A stretch of DNA of 64,000 bases from Fibrobacterales bacterium (GTDB lineage Bacteria; Fibrobacterota; Fibrobacteria; Fibrobacterales; JAOPTW01): contig JAOPTX010000007.1 in NCBI GenBank assembly GCA_051532055.1, positions 96,001 to 160,000 on the forward strand. Direction: 5' to 3'. Numbering within the stretch: the stretch's first letter is position 1; each line of letters starts with the position of its first letter. Below the pieces are notes generated by a model. The model was not told the DNA's origin, did not search any database, and saw nothing but the letters and a program-made list of their open reading frames with translations. The translations under genes were made by a program, and so were the position numbers. Below, one piece after another: positions 20,606-30,520 of this stretch.

Positions 20606-20763
20606 CCCCTCATAACCACCACATAGTTTATGTGATTCTTACATTAATATATATTAAAAAAGAGAGGGTAGGCAAATGGGGATTGACTGAAACTGAATTC
20701 CCCCTCACCTCCCCAACAACCTGTACAATTTTGTTATAGAGCAAAAATGTATTTTGTAAAGCA

Positions 20764-22341
20764 CTACCAAGCAGTCTGCTCAAAATCATATGCTTTTGGG
20801 CAGAAAATTATTTCAAATTTCGTAGAAGGGTGACAAGTATAAAGTGAGCCCGCATCATCATAGGCAAACGTATAAATTTTAGGCGCCATTTCATGTGACA
20901 CATCCACATATTGAGTCTTCCAAATGCTAAACTGGTGATCTCTCTCATTACATTGTTCTGAGCTTACACCAGCAATCAGATTATTACCATCCATATGAGT
21001 AGGACAACATGAACGCAAGGCAATGGGATCATTCCATTCATCTAATCCATCCTCAAAGGTGAGATATTTACAGGGAGAATAACATCCAATCCTTTCGCCA
21101 TCACTGTTTCGATAACTCAAGTCAAAATCCCGATACCCATCTTGATCGAGACTCTCATGTTCTGGACATTTATCAACATCGAGACGCGACCCATTAACTA
21201 CAACACATTTACTCCATTCATCTACTTTATCACCTTTAGGAATAACTACATATGGCAAAGTATAGCCATCAACATTACTCGCATTGTAATACATTTCCAC
21301 TGACTCATTATCAACAGCCTCCCACGTGATCTCAAACTTTGATTCAATAGGAGGGGTACAGGCATCACCTAACGAACCACCACAGGTTGATGATCCACCA
21401 ATTTCACAGTTTCTACCGGTGTCATCACACCCTTGCTTTGGCCAGTAGCGCGTCCCATTGATCTGACGATCCTCTGGAATATTATAGTCATAGGATGTGC
21501 CGGCCTCTAAATACTTATTAAGATCAACGCCTCTGCTTTCGAGTAGGGCAATATGATCAGGCTGAGCGCCCATTTCTATCCAAAGGTCTTCATTACAGTT
21601 ATTAGTAATCCGTAACCTATTAGGCTGATCATCCACAACATCCCAAGGCACCTCAGTTTTAGAGCGTTGATAGGCCGTTGTATACTCAAACCATGTAGAC
21701 ATATCATCATGAACAGCTCCAACAGGGAGTATACTTCCCCCAATTTCAATCCAAACCCGAACGTCTTCTTCACCCATAAAAAAGTTTTTGGAAGGGTGAT
21801 CAAGTTTAACGGTCCATTCTGTCCCTGATTGAGTTGTTGGATTCAGATCAAACCGATGCACCACAAAATCAGACGCGTCTTTCAATCGCGTTTTATAACG
21901 CACCAAAACATTACTTTCACCCGACGGAACAGGGAAAGAAACCTCTATACCACCCAGCTCATACTCCCTGAATGTCACAGAGCCATCAACCGCAATTATT
22001 TCATCAAAACTGGTATCTTCCCACTCATTTACCGAACTAACATTTTCAATTGATGATGATGACGACGACAGAACTTCTTGTTCTTCCGATGAAATTATGG
22101 TGTTTGTTGATGAAGACATATCTACTGCATCAGACGATTCTATTAGATTGCTACTTTGCCCAATTGATACTGAACTCACTGTGCCCGAATGAGATAACGC
22201 TTCACTTGATGATGATACATTCGACGATTCATCAATGACATCATCTGAACTACCCCCAATAACTTCTTCAACTGTTGGAGTATTACTACACCCCAAAAAA
22301 AACACGCTCATTAACAACAAAATACTTACCTGCGCTATCAT
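20764..22341 (-). CDS. Thaumatin-like (GH152-like) lipoprotein with Ser-rich linker and an intermediate beta-domain
   Basis: ITNNC..DLW, R.WPKQGC, PP..SKFE.T, S.VDGYTLP, GCYSPC, YTFAYDD and FEIIFCP motifs; lipobox FLGC; ATG 22341 after a GAGGGG RBS. Confidence 0.82.
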   Translation of the reverse strand: MIAQVSILLLMSVFFLGCSNTPTVEEVIGGSSDDVIDESSNVSSSSEALSHSGTVSSVSIGQSSNLIESSDAVDMSSSTNTIISSEEQEVLSSSSSSIENVSSVNEWEDTSFDEIIAVDGSVTFREYELGGIEVSFPVPSGESNVLVRYKTRLKDASDFVVHRFDLNPTTQSGTEWTVKLDHPSKNFFMGEEDVRVWIEIGGSILPVGAVHDDMSTWFEYTTAYQRSKTEVPWDVVDDQPNRLRITNNCNEDLWIEMGAQPDHIALLESRGVDLNKYLEAGTSYDYNIPEDRQINGTRYWPKQGCDDTGRNCEIGGSSTCGGSLGDACTPPIESKFEITWEAVDNESVEMYYNASNVDGYTLPYVVIPKGDKVDEWSKCVVVNGSRLDVDKCPEHESLDQDGYRDFDLSYRNSDGERIGCYSPCKYLTFEDGLDEWNDPIALRSCCPTHMDGNNLIAGVSSEQCNERDHQFSIWKTQYVDVSHEMAPKIYTFAYDDAGSLYTCHPSTKFEIIFCPKAYDFEQTAW

Positions 22342-22584
22342 CTTACCCCTCAATAACTGATTAACCATATATGTGTCCCCTAAATATACTTTCAATGACC
22401 GGCATCACAAACACCTTTATGTAAATTTGACATAGAGGAACCACCATTAACCCTCATCCCACCATTGTACCCATTACATTTCAATAATTCAATATTTACC
22501 TTGCAAAGCTGTATTTTGAGCTCAGCCTAACAATATTCTAACAGCAATTTATTACATTCTACCCTCATTAATAGCGAGGACCCC

Positions 22585-23013
22585 ATGTCAAAATCTATCA
22601 TGGTCATGTGTACCGGAAATTCATTTAGAAGTCATATGGCTGAAGCGTTTATTCGTTCATTTGCAGGAGATACTGCAACGGTATACAGTTCAGGAGTAAA
22701 AGCAAGTGGAAAAATTTACCCTTGGGCAATCAAACTTATGGCTGAAGAACATATCGACATTTCCAATCAAACATCAGATCAGATCGACATCTATTTGGAC
22801 AAGGAATTCGACTATGTAATCACCGTATGTGACAATGCAAAAGAGACTTGCCCCGTGTTCCCGAAACCGGTTGGCCAAGTAATCCACCACAGTTTTAAAG
22901 ATTATGAGCCACAAGGTGAGTTAAGTGATGAGGCCTATATGGAAACACTGAGACCCATTCGTGACGCCATAAAAGTGTGGTGTAAAGAGTTTGCCACTCA
23001 AGAGTTCTCCTAG
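22585..23013 (+). CDS. arsC: Thioredoxin-coupled arsenate reductase (LMW-PTP fold)
   Basis: P-loop CTGNSFRS.MAE plus the VITVCDNAKETCPVFP redox Cys pair. Confidence 0.75.
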   Translation: MSKSIMVMCTGNSFRSHMAEAFIRSFAGDTATVYSSGVKASGKIYPWAIKLMAEEHIDISNQTSDQIDIYLDKEFDYVITVCDNAKETCPVFPKPVGQVIHHSFKDYEPQGELSDEAYMETLRPIRDAIKVWCKEFATQEFS

Positions 23014-23177
23014 ACAATTATTGATAAATATAGGGCTGTAACGCCAATTCTATCGGACTCGCGCCCTATATATTACCATATTATCACATTTAATGCATTC
23101 CTGTTTAATCAGCCCCCTATATCCTTGCATTCCGCCATTCGATAGCTACTTTCGTGAAAAAACATTCGGATCGTTAG

Positions 23178-24017
23178 ATGAAACAGTTACTTATTATTGC
23201 ACTCTGTGCTACTGCACTTTTTGCCCAAGACACTACAAAGGCAGAATCTCCAAACCCCCTTAAGAAAAAACTTGTTGCTACTTTTAACGCAAACCAAGAC
23301 AGTTACTCAAATTGGGCTGAGGGTGGAGAAGATACCTATGGTTGGAAACTACTTGTAAATGGTGGACTTGATTACATACAAAAAAACTGGGAGATACAAA
23401 ACGTCCTCGATATAGAGTACGGTCGCACAGCAGTGGGCGATGTACCGAGCATAAAATCATCAGATAAGCTCTTCATTGAATCTCAATACAACTACACTCT
23501 TTTCTCCCATATGGCCGGATACGCCGCAGGACAACTCAGCACACAATTTACTCCAGGATATACGCATTCAAAAACAGGCAAAACAAAAGTATCTACATTT
23601 TTTGACCCGGGATATCTCATAGAATCAGCGGGCCTCTCATACTCCCGCGATAAAATTTTCTCTTCCCGTCTTGGATTTGCAATAAAACAGACCATTTCAT
23701 CAAAGAAATTCGGATGGGCAAATAATAGAGAAACTCAAGAACGCGAATCATTTAAAAATGAGCCCGGTCTTGAATCAGTCAGTGAACTCAACGTAGGCAT
23801 TAATGACATCCTTACCTACACATCACGCCTTTCACTCTTTAGTAACTTCAAAGGCGCAAGTCGTATTGATTCCCATTGGAAAAACAAATGCAGTGCGCAA
23901 GTGATGACGTACCTCACTATTGATCTCTCATTTGAAATGCTCTATGATTACGATCTTGATCTAGACAATCAGTATAAACAAGGTATGAGCCTTGGGCTCA
24001 CTTACAAACTCTTTTAG
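23178..24017 (+). CDS. DUF3078-family outer-membrane beta-barrel protein
   Basis: Signal peptide; Q.SYSNWA.GG, K.SD, TQF.PGY and FFDPGY motifs; C-terminal aromatic strand (LTYKLF). Confidence 0.78.
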   Translation: MKQLLIIALCATALFAQDTTKAESPNPLKKKLVATFNANQDSYSNWAEGGEDTYGWKLLVNGGLDYIQKNWEIQNVLDIEYGRTAVGDVPSIKSSDKLFIESQYNYTLFSHMAGYAAGQLSTQFTPGYTHSKTGKTKVSTFFDPGYLIESAGLSYSRDKIFSSRLGFAIKQTISSKKFGWANNRETQERESFKNEPGLESVSELNVGINDILTYTSRLSLFSNFKGASRIDSHWKNKCSAQVMTYLTIDLSFEMLYDYDLDLDNQYKQGMSLGLTYKLF

Positions 24018-24039
24018 TATACTCAATACAATGTCCATT

Positions 24040-24077
24040 AAAAAAGCAGAGCACCTTATTGGCACTCTGCTTTTTTT
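24040..24077. terminator. Bidirectional Rho-independent terminator
   Basis: A7-GCAGAG...CTCTGC-T7 between convergent genes. Confidence 0.8.
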
Positions 24078-24122
24078 GTCTCTCAGCCAAATATAATTTG
24101 GGAGGGAATATCCGCTTCGAGA

Positions 24123-27083
24123 CTATTTATGATATCGATATAACCCACTGGAAGTAGAGATAAAGTATATACCATCAGAAAGGTATTCAGCATCAACCGC
24201 AAATAGATACTCAGCCTGTCCATCTGGTCGTATTATTAGAAATGGCCGCCCACTCTGCATAAGATTATGAAAACCTTCCCTCGTTAAAGATTGCACCGGG
24301 GTCTTCTTTTGAACATACAACCGAGCCGTTGCATCACTACTCTTTTCGCAGTCACTTGAGCTAGAAATCGCCCCAGGTACACCACCTGAACTTGATACAT
24401 CATATGAGCTCACGCTTTCTTCATTTTGTACCTCAGAACTATTCGATAGTTCTGATTGCTGAGAGCAATCATTACTACTCAACTCAACCACGCTACTTAT
24501 TTGATCTTCACTACTTACTGCTGTTTCTGAACTCTCAGCTTCATTTGATGAAGGACGCTCTGTACTCTCCTCACATGCTATGCCCAGTGGCTCATAATTA
24601 CAAGCGGTATGCCATGCAATTTCCCGCAACTTTCTTCCGAGTGCTGGCTCTACAGTGTGAGCAATGCCTCCATACACATTATAGATGGTATCGGTCAGCT
24701 CAAGCGGGCTCTTTTTATATAATACAGAGTAATAGAGCATTGCAATCATATACCACCCATCATTATTAGGGTGAATGTCATCACTAAAAAACTCATCATG
24801 ACTAGATCTCCCTGGAACAACCCCTAGAGCGAGCGAATCATATAATGCCGCCATTGTCTGACCTCCAGGAATCATAAGCATCGGCTTTCCTGACGATAAC
24901 CCCGCTACACTATCTGCGATCAACTCCCACACCGGGAGGTCTGACTGCAATCGATCTCTCCATGGCACTGTTTGATTATTTTCGTAGCATTCAGACCCTT
25001 CAACTCCACTAAATATACAGTGCCATGACTCAAACATATAGGCCTGCACCTCCGGATTACCTTCTTTAGCTAGGCTGTCAAATTTATAAGCGTACTCATA
25101 AGTTTGACTATAGGTAATATGGCTTTGAAGTTCGAGTGCCTCAGTCATAACCACATCAGTAAAAGTACCTGATGCAAAAGCAGCTCCATACCCTTCATCA
25201 TTATAACTATTACTCCCATCGTTGTTCCAATTCCATTTAAGAGGCGATCCTGGGATTATTTGGTAGCCATAGGAGTTTTCATCACCAGCATCTTCCGCAA
25301 TGTAATTCACAAAAACTGGGATTGTCGTATTCATAAGGCTATGACCGATATAAAATATTTTTTTATTGATCGGCAATATCTCTTCATTGGATGACTGCTC
25401 TACAGACGATACTTCTATCGCCCCACTACTTTCAACAATAATTTCGCTACTAGAACTCATTACGGCACCACTTTCTGGTATGAGCATAGGCGAATCAAGA
25501 AGAGCCTGGTATTTTGGTGCTTCACCCTTGAGATCCCCCGCATTTAACTGCCCCAAAGATTCAAGATGCCCCCATGATCCATATTGCGATTCGCGACCAC
25601 CAACATAACTAAATGCAGTAAAGAGTGAAACACCAGCATCAATGTGACGTTGTAAATTTTTAATATAGAGGTCATACATTTTAGGGTGTACTTGAGCGTC
25701 CCAAACAGCCTGATTATAATCCCACTCTCCTTGCCTCCAAGGCTGCATATGCTGTCCACCTTCATAAATAATATATTCCATCCCAAAGTCATCTGCATAC
25801 TTCTTATGAGCATCAACAAATCTTCCCGTATGAGACTCATATAAACTATCAACGGCATCAATTATCATCTCAGCCGTTACAGATGATGGCTCAAGACTAT
25901 TCCAATAATTGTGCTGTTCTTCACCAAAACCAAAGTACGCTGTTGGAGACACTGCGTCAGCGCCAACACCATCATCATTAAAAAGGTATTCGAGTACGCG
26001 CCCCGTATTTCCTGGCCATCCACCTTGCACCGCAGCAACGGTAATCAATCGTGACCGTTCACTTGCCCACACTTCTTCCCATATAGTAAAGGTCCGCGCC
26101 ATGAGATAGGCATCTTTTTCAGGATGACATCCGTCCAATGTATTACAATATTTCATACTCACCGCTTCAAGGCCTACAGTAACATCGGATTCTCCCTCAG
26201 CTGCATTACCTGTTGCATAGTGAGACTGTTGAAATATCCAATTCCATAGTTCATTAGAATACTCGATATAGACCTTAAGATTAGGGTCGAGTTGTTCTTT
26301 AACGAGCTCTGCAAATTTTGTGATATACTCTCTATTAGCTTTATGAGGAATGCAAAACCAAGCATCTACTTGTAATTCATTTGCGAGAGCAATTGCATGT
26401 TCAATAGCAATACCAGCTGCTTGATTGTTATTATCATATCCTCGACCCTGAGAATAATGATATACCTGCGTGCGCTTATCCCAGTCTTCTGAGAGCGAAT
26501 TATTGGTTGCAGTCCAATTCATAAACCTCAATGTTTTGAAAGGACGCAGGCCAGAAAGAAATTCTTCCCTAAAAAGGGGAATTTCATTTTCCGGATTATT
26601 TTCATAGGCTACAGGAATGATCTTAAAGCCTCTCAAGTGATTACCTGCAGTAGAACGAGTTATATTGAGCCATTTATGCCCCCCTTCACCGGTGAGCGTT
26701 ATATAATGATTTCCTCCTCGCTCCTCATGATCGACACTCCAATTAATGTCCCCCTCACCTTCGAAGGTGACGTGGTATTCGCCACTGTAGGAGTTATTAA
26801 TGAGGAAACGAACACCTGTTGACGCGCCATTTACCGACACTGGGAGTTCTGTTGGATATCCTGCTGAATCCCGTGGGATTTGATCCAATACCTGAGTATT
26901 CCAACCTGAAACATTTACTGTGAAGGTGATCAGCTCAGATGCTGATGTCATAACATCGGTAAATGGGGCACCAGATGACCAATAATTGAGACTTCCTATA
27001 TTCATCCCCATCTTCATTTGGTTATTTTGAGCCATAAGTGACCCTAAACACAACCCAATTATTACTGCAATTACACGCTTCAT
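24123..27083 (-). CDS. Large secreted bimodular protein: unclassified GH-A-like TIM barrel + SGNH-like esterase, with Ser-rich linkers and C-terminal tail
   Basis: Signal peptide; LRFMNW, WFCIPH.A, VYIEYSNELWN and YEGGQH; linker; IGHSL...DDIHPN; linker; tail DGIYFI. Confidence 0.65.
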   Translation of the reverse strand: MKRVIAVIIGLCLGSLMAQNNQMKMGMNIGSLNYWSSGAPFTDVMTSASELITFTVNVSGWNTQVLDQIPRDSAGYPTELPVSVNGASTGVRFLINNSYSGEYHVTFEGEGDINWSVDHEERGGNHYITLTGEGGHKWLNITRSTAGNHLRGFKIIPVAYENNPENEIPLFREEFLSGLRPFKTLRFMNWTATNNSLSEDWDKRTQVYHYSQGRGYDNNNQAAGIAIEHAIALANELQVDAWFCIPHKANREYITKFAELVKEQLDPNLKVYIEYSNELWNWIFQQSHYATGNAAEGESDVTVGLEAVSMKYCNTLDGCHPEKDAYLMARTFTIWEEVWASERSRLITVAAVQGGWPGNTGRVLEYLFNDDGVGADAVSPTAYFGFGEEQHNYWNSLEPSSVTAEMIIDAVDSLYESHTGRFVDAHKKYADDFGMEYIIYEGGQHMQPWRQGEWDYNQAVWDAQVHPKMYDLYIKNLQRHIDAGVSLFTAFSYVGGRESQYGSWGHLESLGQLNAGDLKGEAPKYQALLDSPMLIPESGAVMSSSSEIIVESSGAIEVSSVEQSSNEEILPINKKIFYIGHSLMNTTIPVFVNYIAEDAGDENSYGYQIIPGSPLKWNWNNDGSNSYNDEGYGAAFASGTFTDVVMTEALELQSHITYSQTYEYAYKFDSLAKEGNPEVQAYMFESWHCIFSGVEGSECYENNQTVPWRDRLQSDLPVWELIADSVAGLSSGKPMLMIPGGQTMAALYDSLALGVVPGRSSHDEFFSDDIHPNNDGWYMIAMLYYSVLYKKSPLELTDTIYNVYGGIAHTVEPALGRKLREIAWHTACNYEPLGIACEESTERPSSNEAESSETAVSSEDQISSVVELSSNDCSQQSELSNSSEVQNEESVSSYDVSSSGGVPGAISSSSDCEKSSDATARLYVQKKTPVQSLTREGFHNLMQSGRPFLIIRPDGQAEYLFAVDAEYLSDGIYFISTSSGLYRYHK

Positions 27084-27180
27084 ACTTACCCTCTGTATTG
27101 ATTACTTTCTAAATATATTTTCTCCACTTCCAGAATAGTATATGGGAAAAATATATCCGTTGAGTGAACGCTCAACAACA

Positions 27181-27220
27181 ATCACCACTCCTGATCAGTA
27201 ATTACCACTCACTGGTAGCA
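27181..27220. promoter_or_regulatory. Direct repeat ATYACCACTC x2 (20-bp period), candidate operator in a divergent promoter region
   Basis: ATCACCACTC at 27181 and ATTACCACTC at 27201, each followed by a CTG-containing segment; TACCA-CTCAC-TGGTA palindrome at 27203-27217. Confidence 0.4.
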
Positions 27221-27269
27221 TAACTACTCTATTTTAGATATGTTTATCTGAAGGAATTGAGAGCTGACT

Positions 27270-28103
27270 ATGAAAGAGATATACGACTATTTAGACTACC
27301 GCGAATACATCAAAGACTTCTACGAATTTCAAAAAGCAAAGAAATCCTGGTTTTCATATCGCTATATTAGTCAAAAAGTGGGCATAGATGCCGGGTTTCT
27401 TGTAAAAGTATTGCAAGGCAAAAATAATATTACCGAAAAACACCTCCCTCAAATGATAACTCTTTTAAAGCTTGATGAAAAAGAGAAAGAGTATTTTGAG
27501 ACCCTTGTTCATTTTACCAAAGCAAAAACTCAAAAGCAGATCTCTATATTTTTCAATAAACTTATTGATCTAAAAAACCTAAGTGCCACAATCATAGAAC
27601 AAAAAAAGTTTGAATTTTATTCAAAATGGCATCACAACGCAATTCGTTCACTCATAGATTTTTACGACTTTAAAGGTGATTTTGATGCACTTGGAAACAA
27701 ACTTTCTCCACCAATATCTGCAGAAGAAGCAAAAAAATCTATTGTTCTTCTTGAGTCACTAAACCTTATCTCAAAAGATGAGACTGGTCGGTATCAACTC
27801 ACTGACACCATTATAACTACTGGTCAATCATGGCAGTCCATTGCCATTTCAGAATTTCAACAACAGATGATTACCCTCTCACAAGAATCCCTAGTGCGGC
27901 ACCCCAAAAAGGATCGTGATGTTTCTACATTAACGTTCTCAGTACCAACCGATGAATTGGATGAACTCAGAGAACGCATAACTGAATTTAGATCAACCAC
28001 TCTTAAATGGATTCAGGAACAAAATAATGAAGATGCAGTATATCAACTCAATCTTCAACTGTTCCCTTTAACCACACTTGAACAAACCGGGGGCGAATCG
28101 TGA
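27270..28103 (+). CDS. TIGR02147-family protein (N-terminal HTH-like region + DUF4423)
   Basis: IYDYLDYREYIKDFY, FSYR, YF.TLV.F, FYSKW.H.AIR, RDVSTLT and VYQLNLQLFPL, characteristic of this Fibrobacter-expanded family. Confidence 0.88.
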   Translation: MKEIYDYLDYREYIKDFYEFQKAKKSWFSYRYISQKVGIDAGFLVKVLQGKNNITEKHLPQMITLLKLDEKEKEYFETLVHFTKAKTQKQISIFFNKLIDLKNLSATIIEQKKFEFYSKWHHNAIRSLIDFYDFKGDFDALGNKLSPPISAEEAKKSIVLLESLNLISKDETGRYQLTDTIITTGQSWQSIAISEFQQQMITLSQESLVRHPKKDRDVSTLTFSVPTDELDELRERITEFRSTTLKWIQEQNNEDAVYQLNLQLFPLTTLEQTGGES

Positions 28104-29290
28104 AACTTACCTATCTACTCCTATTATTATTGTGTCTATCCTGCACTGTACCTGAACCGGAATATGTAGGAAACGGTTCTGAAACGACGAATGGAATTAT
28201 TGCCGGTACTCTGACCCTCGAATCAGGCGCACCCGCTATAGCTGCAAAAGTACAGCTACGTGACAGTAGTACCATCGCAATTGACTCTACCACAACGAAC
28301 ACCAATGGCTACTTTCAATTTTCTGACGTTACCCCTGGCACCTATTCGATTCTAGCTTCAGATAGCAATCAATCATTTCAGTGGTTCCAAGATAGCGTTT
28401 CACTCAATGACACCACTCCTTCAATTGAATTTACTGAAACACTCTCCTCAGCTCGCACCATCAACTTTACAACCCCTTCGATCAGTAATGAAATTCAATT
28501 CAGTATTGTCTTTCCAGAACTGGGGTTGACCGAAACTTTTACTGAGGCTACCTCCGCTCAGAGCACTATCCCAGAAGGGGCTTTTGTCTACGAGATGTAT
28601 GCGCTCCACGCCAGCTCTCCTGATACCCAAAAAGTTCTCCTTATAAAGGACACTATTACTTCTGATAGCCCTGATTCACTTGGAACGATCGAGATCAACA
28701 CCCTTCAAGGAGACAGTTCACAGGTTCTCTTTGATGACTTTGAAGACGGCAATCACATATCAAATTTCTTAAACCCATGGTACACATTTGATGATCGGGC
28801 AACATCAGGTATAAGTACCATAAAAACCTTCGCTGAGCAACCACTCAGCCAGTCTCCGGGTTTCAACAATACGAGCAACGCTGGATACACTACCTTTACC
28901 CTCACCCCAAATACCACCTCAGACCCTGTATTTGTTGGCCTTGGGTCTCATTTTGGCAAAAACTACACTGCATATCTCACCGATTTTTCCAAACTCAGTA
29001 CCATTACCTTCAATCATACATCAACCAACCATCATCAATTCACCTTTTGTTTGATCTCCACACTCTACAATAATACCCAGCTTTGTACCTATCCAATCGA
29101 TGCAAGCGTTGGTTTCTGGACTTCAAAAACCGCCCCGCTCAATCTTTTTAATAAAACACCCAAAGTGACCCTTATTGGTAAAGTGGCATTTATGAAGGGA
29201 ATTGACAGTTTTGCTTTCATTATGAACGCCGGAACAGATAGTGGCGAAATGACTTTTACCATAGACGACCTCATATTTAACTTTGAGTAA
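28100..29290 (+). CDS. Lipoprotein with carboxypeptidase-regulatory-like and CBM11-like domains, translationally coupled to the TIGR02147 gene
   Basis: GTGA overlap with the upstream stop; lipobox CLSC; GSETTNG; DSTTTN.NG.F.F....G.Y; FDDFEDG..WYTFDD...IDDLIF. Confidence 0.72.
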   Translation: MKLTYLLLLLLCLSCTVPEPEYVGNGSETTNGIIAGTLTLESGAPAIAAKVQLRDSSTIAIDSTTTNTNGYFQFSDVTPGTYSILASDSNQSFQWFQDSVSLNDTTPSIEFTETLSSARTINFTTPSISNEIQFSIVFPELGLTETFTEATSAQSTIPEGAFVYEMYALHASSPDTQKVLLIKDTITSDSPDSLGTIEINTLQGDSSQVLFDDFEDGNHISNFLNPWYTFDDRATSGISTIKTFAEQPLSQSPGFNNTSNAGYTTFTLTPNTTSDPVFVGLGSHFGKNYTAYLTDFSKLSTITFNHTSTNHHQFTFCLISTLYNNTQLCTYPIDASVGFWTSKTAPLNLFNKTPKVTLIGKVAFMKGIDSFAFIMNAGTDSGEMTFTIDDLIFNFE

Positions 29291-29434
29291 CAGATACCAC
29301 ATCAAGAACCTCTTTAAGTTTTACTTCAGGAAGTCACTCAATATGGTATAACTTCGCAAATCCGTAAAATTAAAATTTTAGATTTAGCACCTTCACCCCG
29401 ACAAAGTGAATAGGTATTATGTTATGAGGTAACC

Positions 29435-30070
29435 ATGGACATCCAATCACAAGCGGCCCACTCCACTCCACCAAATTCTCTACTCCAAGTCTCGCAATCA
29501 AACACAACTGATAGCGCCGCCTGGAACAGTATATTAACCAAGTACAGCAGTGGCTCAATTGACACTAATGGCGCCATTGCAGAACTCTCACAGGCAGAGG
29601 GGCTCACTTCTGCCCCAGACCCGCACCAACCTCTCGTCGCAACACTCACTGAGACTGAGCGATCTATTCGGTTTTCACTCCTTAAAGAGCTCATGGCAAT
29701 TGGTGATGATGAGACCGACAAAAAAGTACAGGATAAGTACGCCGAAGATAATATTCTGTATGGCATACCAGAAGGTACTGAGGCTGCTGAAGTTGACCCC
29801 TATTGGAATGCAGAAAACACCAGCCAACGATTGGTTGATTTTGCGATTTCATTTCGGTCATACTTTACCCACATGGATGATGTTGAGTTCCTAGAAGAAG
29901 TAAAAGCCGCCATGCTCGAAGGATATGCACGGGCCCACGAAGATATGGGCTTTACTGATGAGACTATACCCCCTGATCTCGGCAAACTATACAATGATAC
30001 GTATCACTCAACCATGGATAAAATAGATACCCTTCTTACTACGGCAAAACAGGAAGTTGACCAATCCTAG
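29435..30070 (+). CDS. DUF5610-like acidic helical protein
   Basis: YWNAENTSQRLVDFAISF...G..RA...YNDTY pattern; GAGG RBS; hairpin at about 30076-30105. Confidence 0.55.
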   Translation: MDIQSQAAHSTPPNSLLQVSQSNTTDSAAWNSILTKYSSGSIDTNGAIAELSQAEGLTSAPDPHQPLVATLTETERSIRFSLLKELMAIGDDETDKKVQDKYAEDNILYGIPEGTEAAEVDPYWNAENTSQRLVDFAISFRSYFTHMDDVEFLEEVKAAMLEGYARAHEDMGFTDETIPPDLGKLYNDTYHSTMDKIDTLLTTAKQEVDQS

Positions 30071-30151
30071 CAATGAGCCCTTTCAGTTACAACCTGGAGG
30101 GGCTTTAATAGACACTACCTAAACCCCCCATTAAATCACTATATTTGAAGT

Positions 30152-30520
30152 ATGAAACGATATCTCTTTCTCTTTTTAGGCACATTCTTTTTTGCACTTG
30201 GTATGGTAGGCATACTGCTCCCCATCCTCCCTACCACACCCTTTTTGCTCCTTTCTGCAGCATGCTATATGCGGAGCTCAAAAAAAATATACCTCTGGCT
30301 TACCATGCACAAAGTTTTTGGCCCACTTATCAATAACTACCTACAACACCGAGCTGTGGCCCTTAAAACAAAGTTTCTGGCTATCACAAGTCTCTGGGTA
30401 TTTATCCTCGTTGCTGTATTTGGCATCACAAATTACTGGTGGGTTCAAGGCATCCTCATTCTCATTGCCCTTGGCGTAACACTCTATTTACTCTCTCTCA
30501 AAACCCTTAGTAAACCATAG
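30152..30520 (+). CDS. ybaN: YbaN/DUF454 inner-membrane protein
   Basis: LG..GI.LPILPTTPFLLL.A.C..RSS motif. Confidence 0.88.
   Translation: MKRYLFLFLGTFFFALGMVGILLPILPTTPFLLLSAACYMRSSKKIYLWLTMHKVFGPLINNYLQHRAVALKTKFLAITSLWVFILVAVFGITNYWWVQGILILIALGVTLYLLSLKTLSKP

Noticed and set aside
29379..29404. Sigma-28-like promoter (TAGA-N14-CCCGACAA) before the DUF5610-like gene
   Set aside because: Mismatches in both boxes and spacing one base short; too weak to call.
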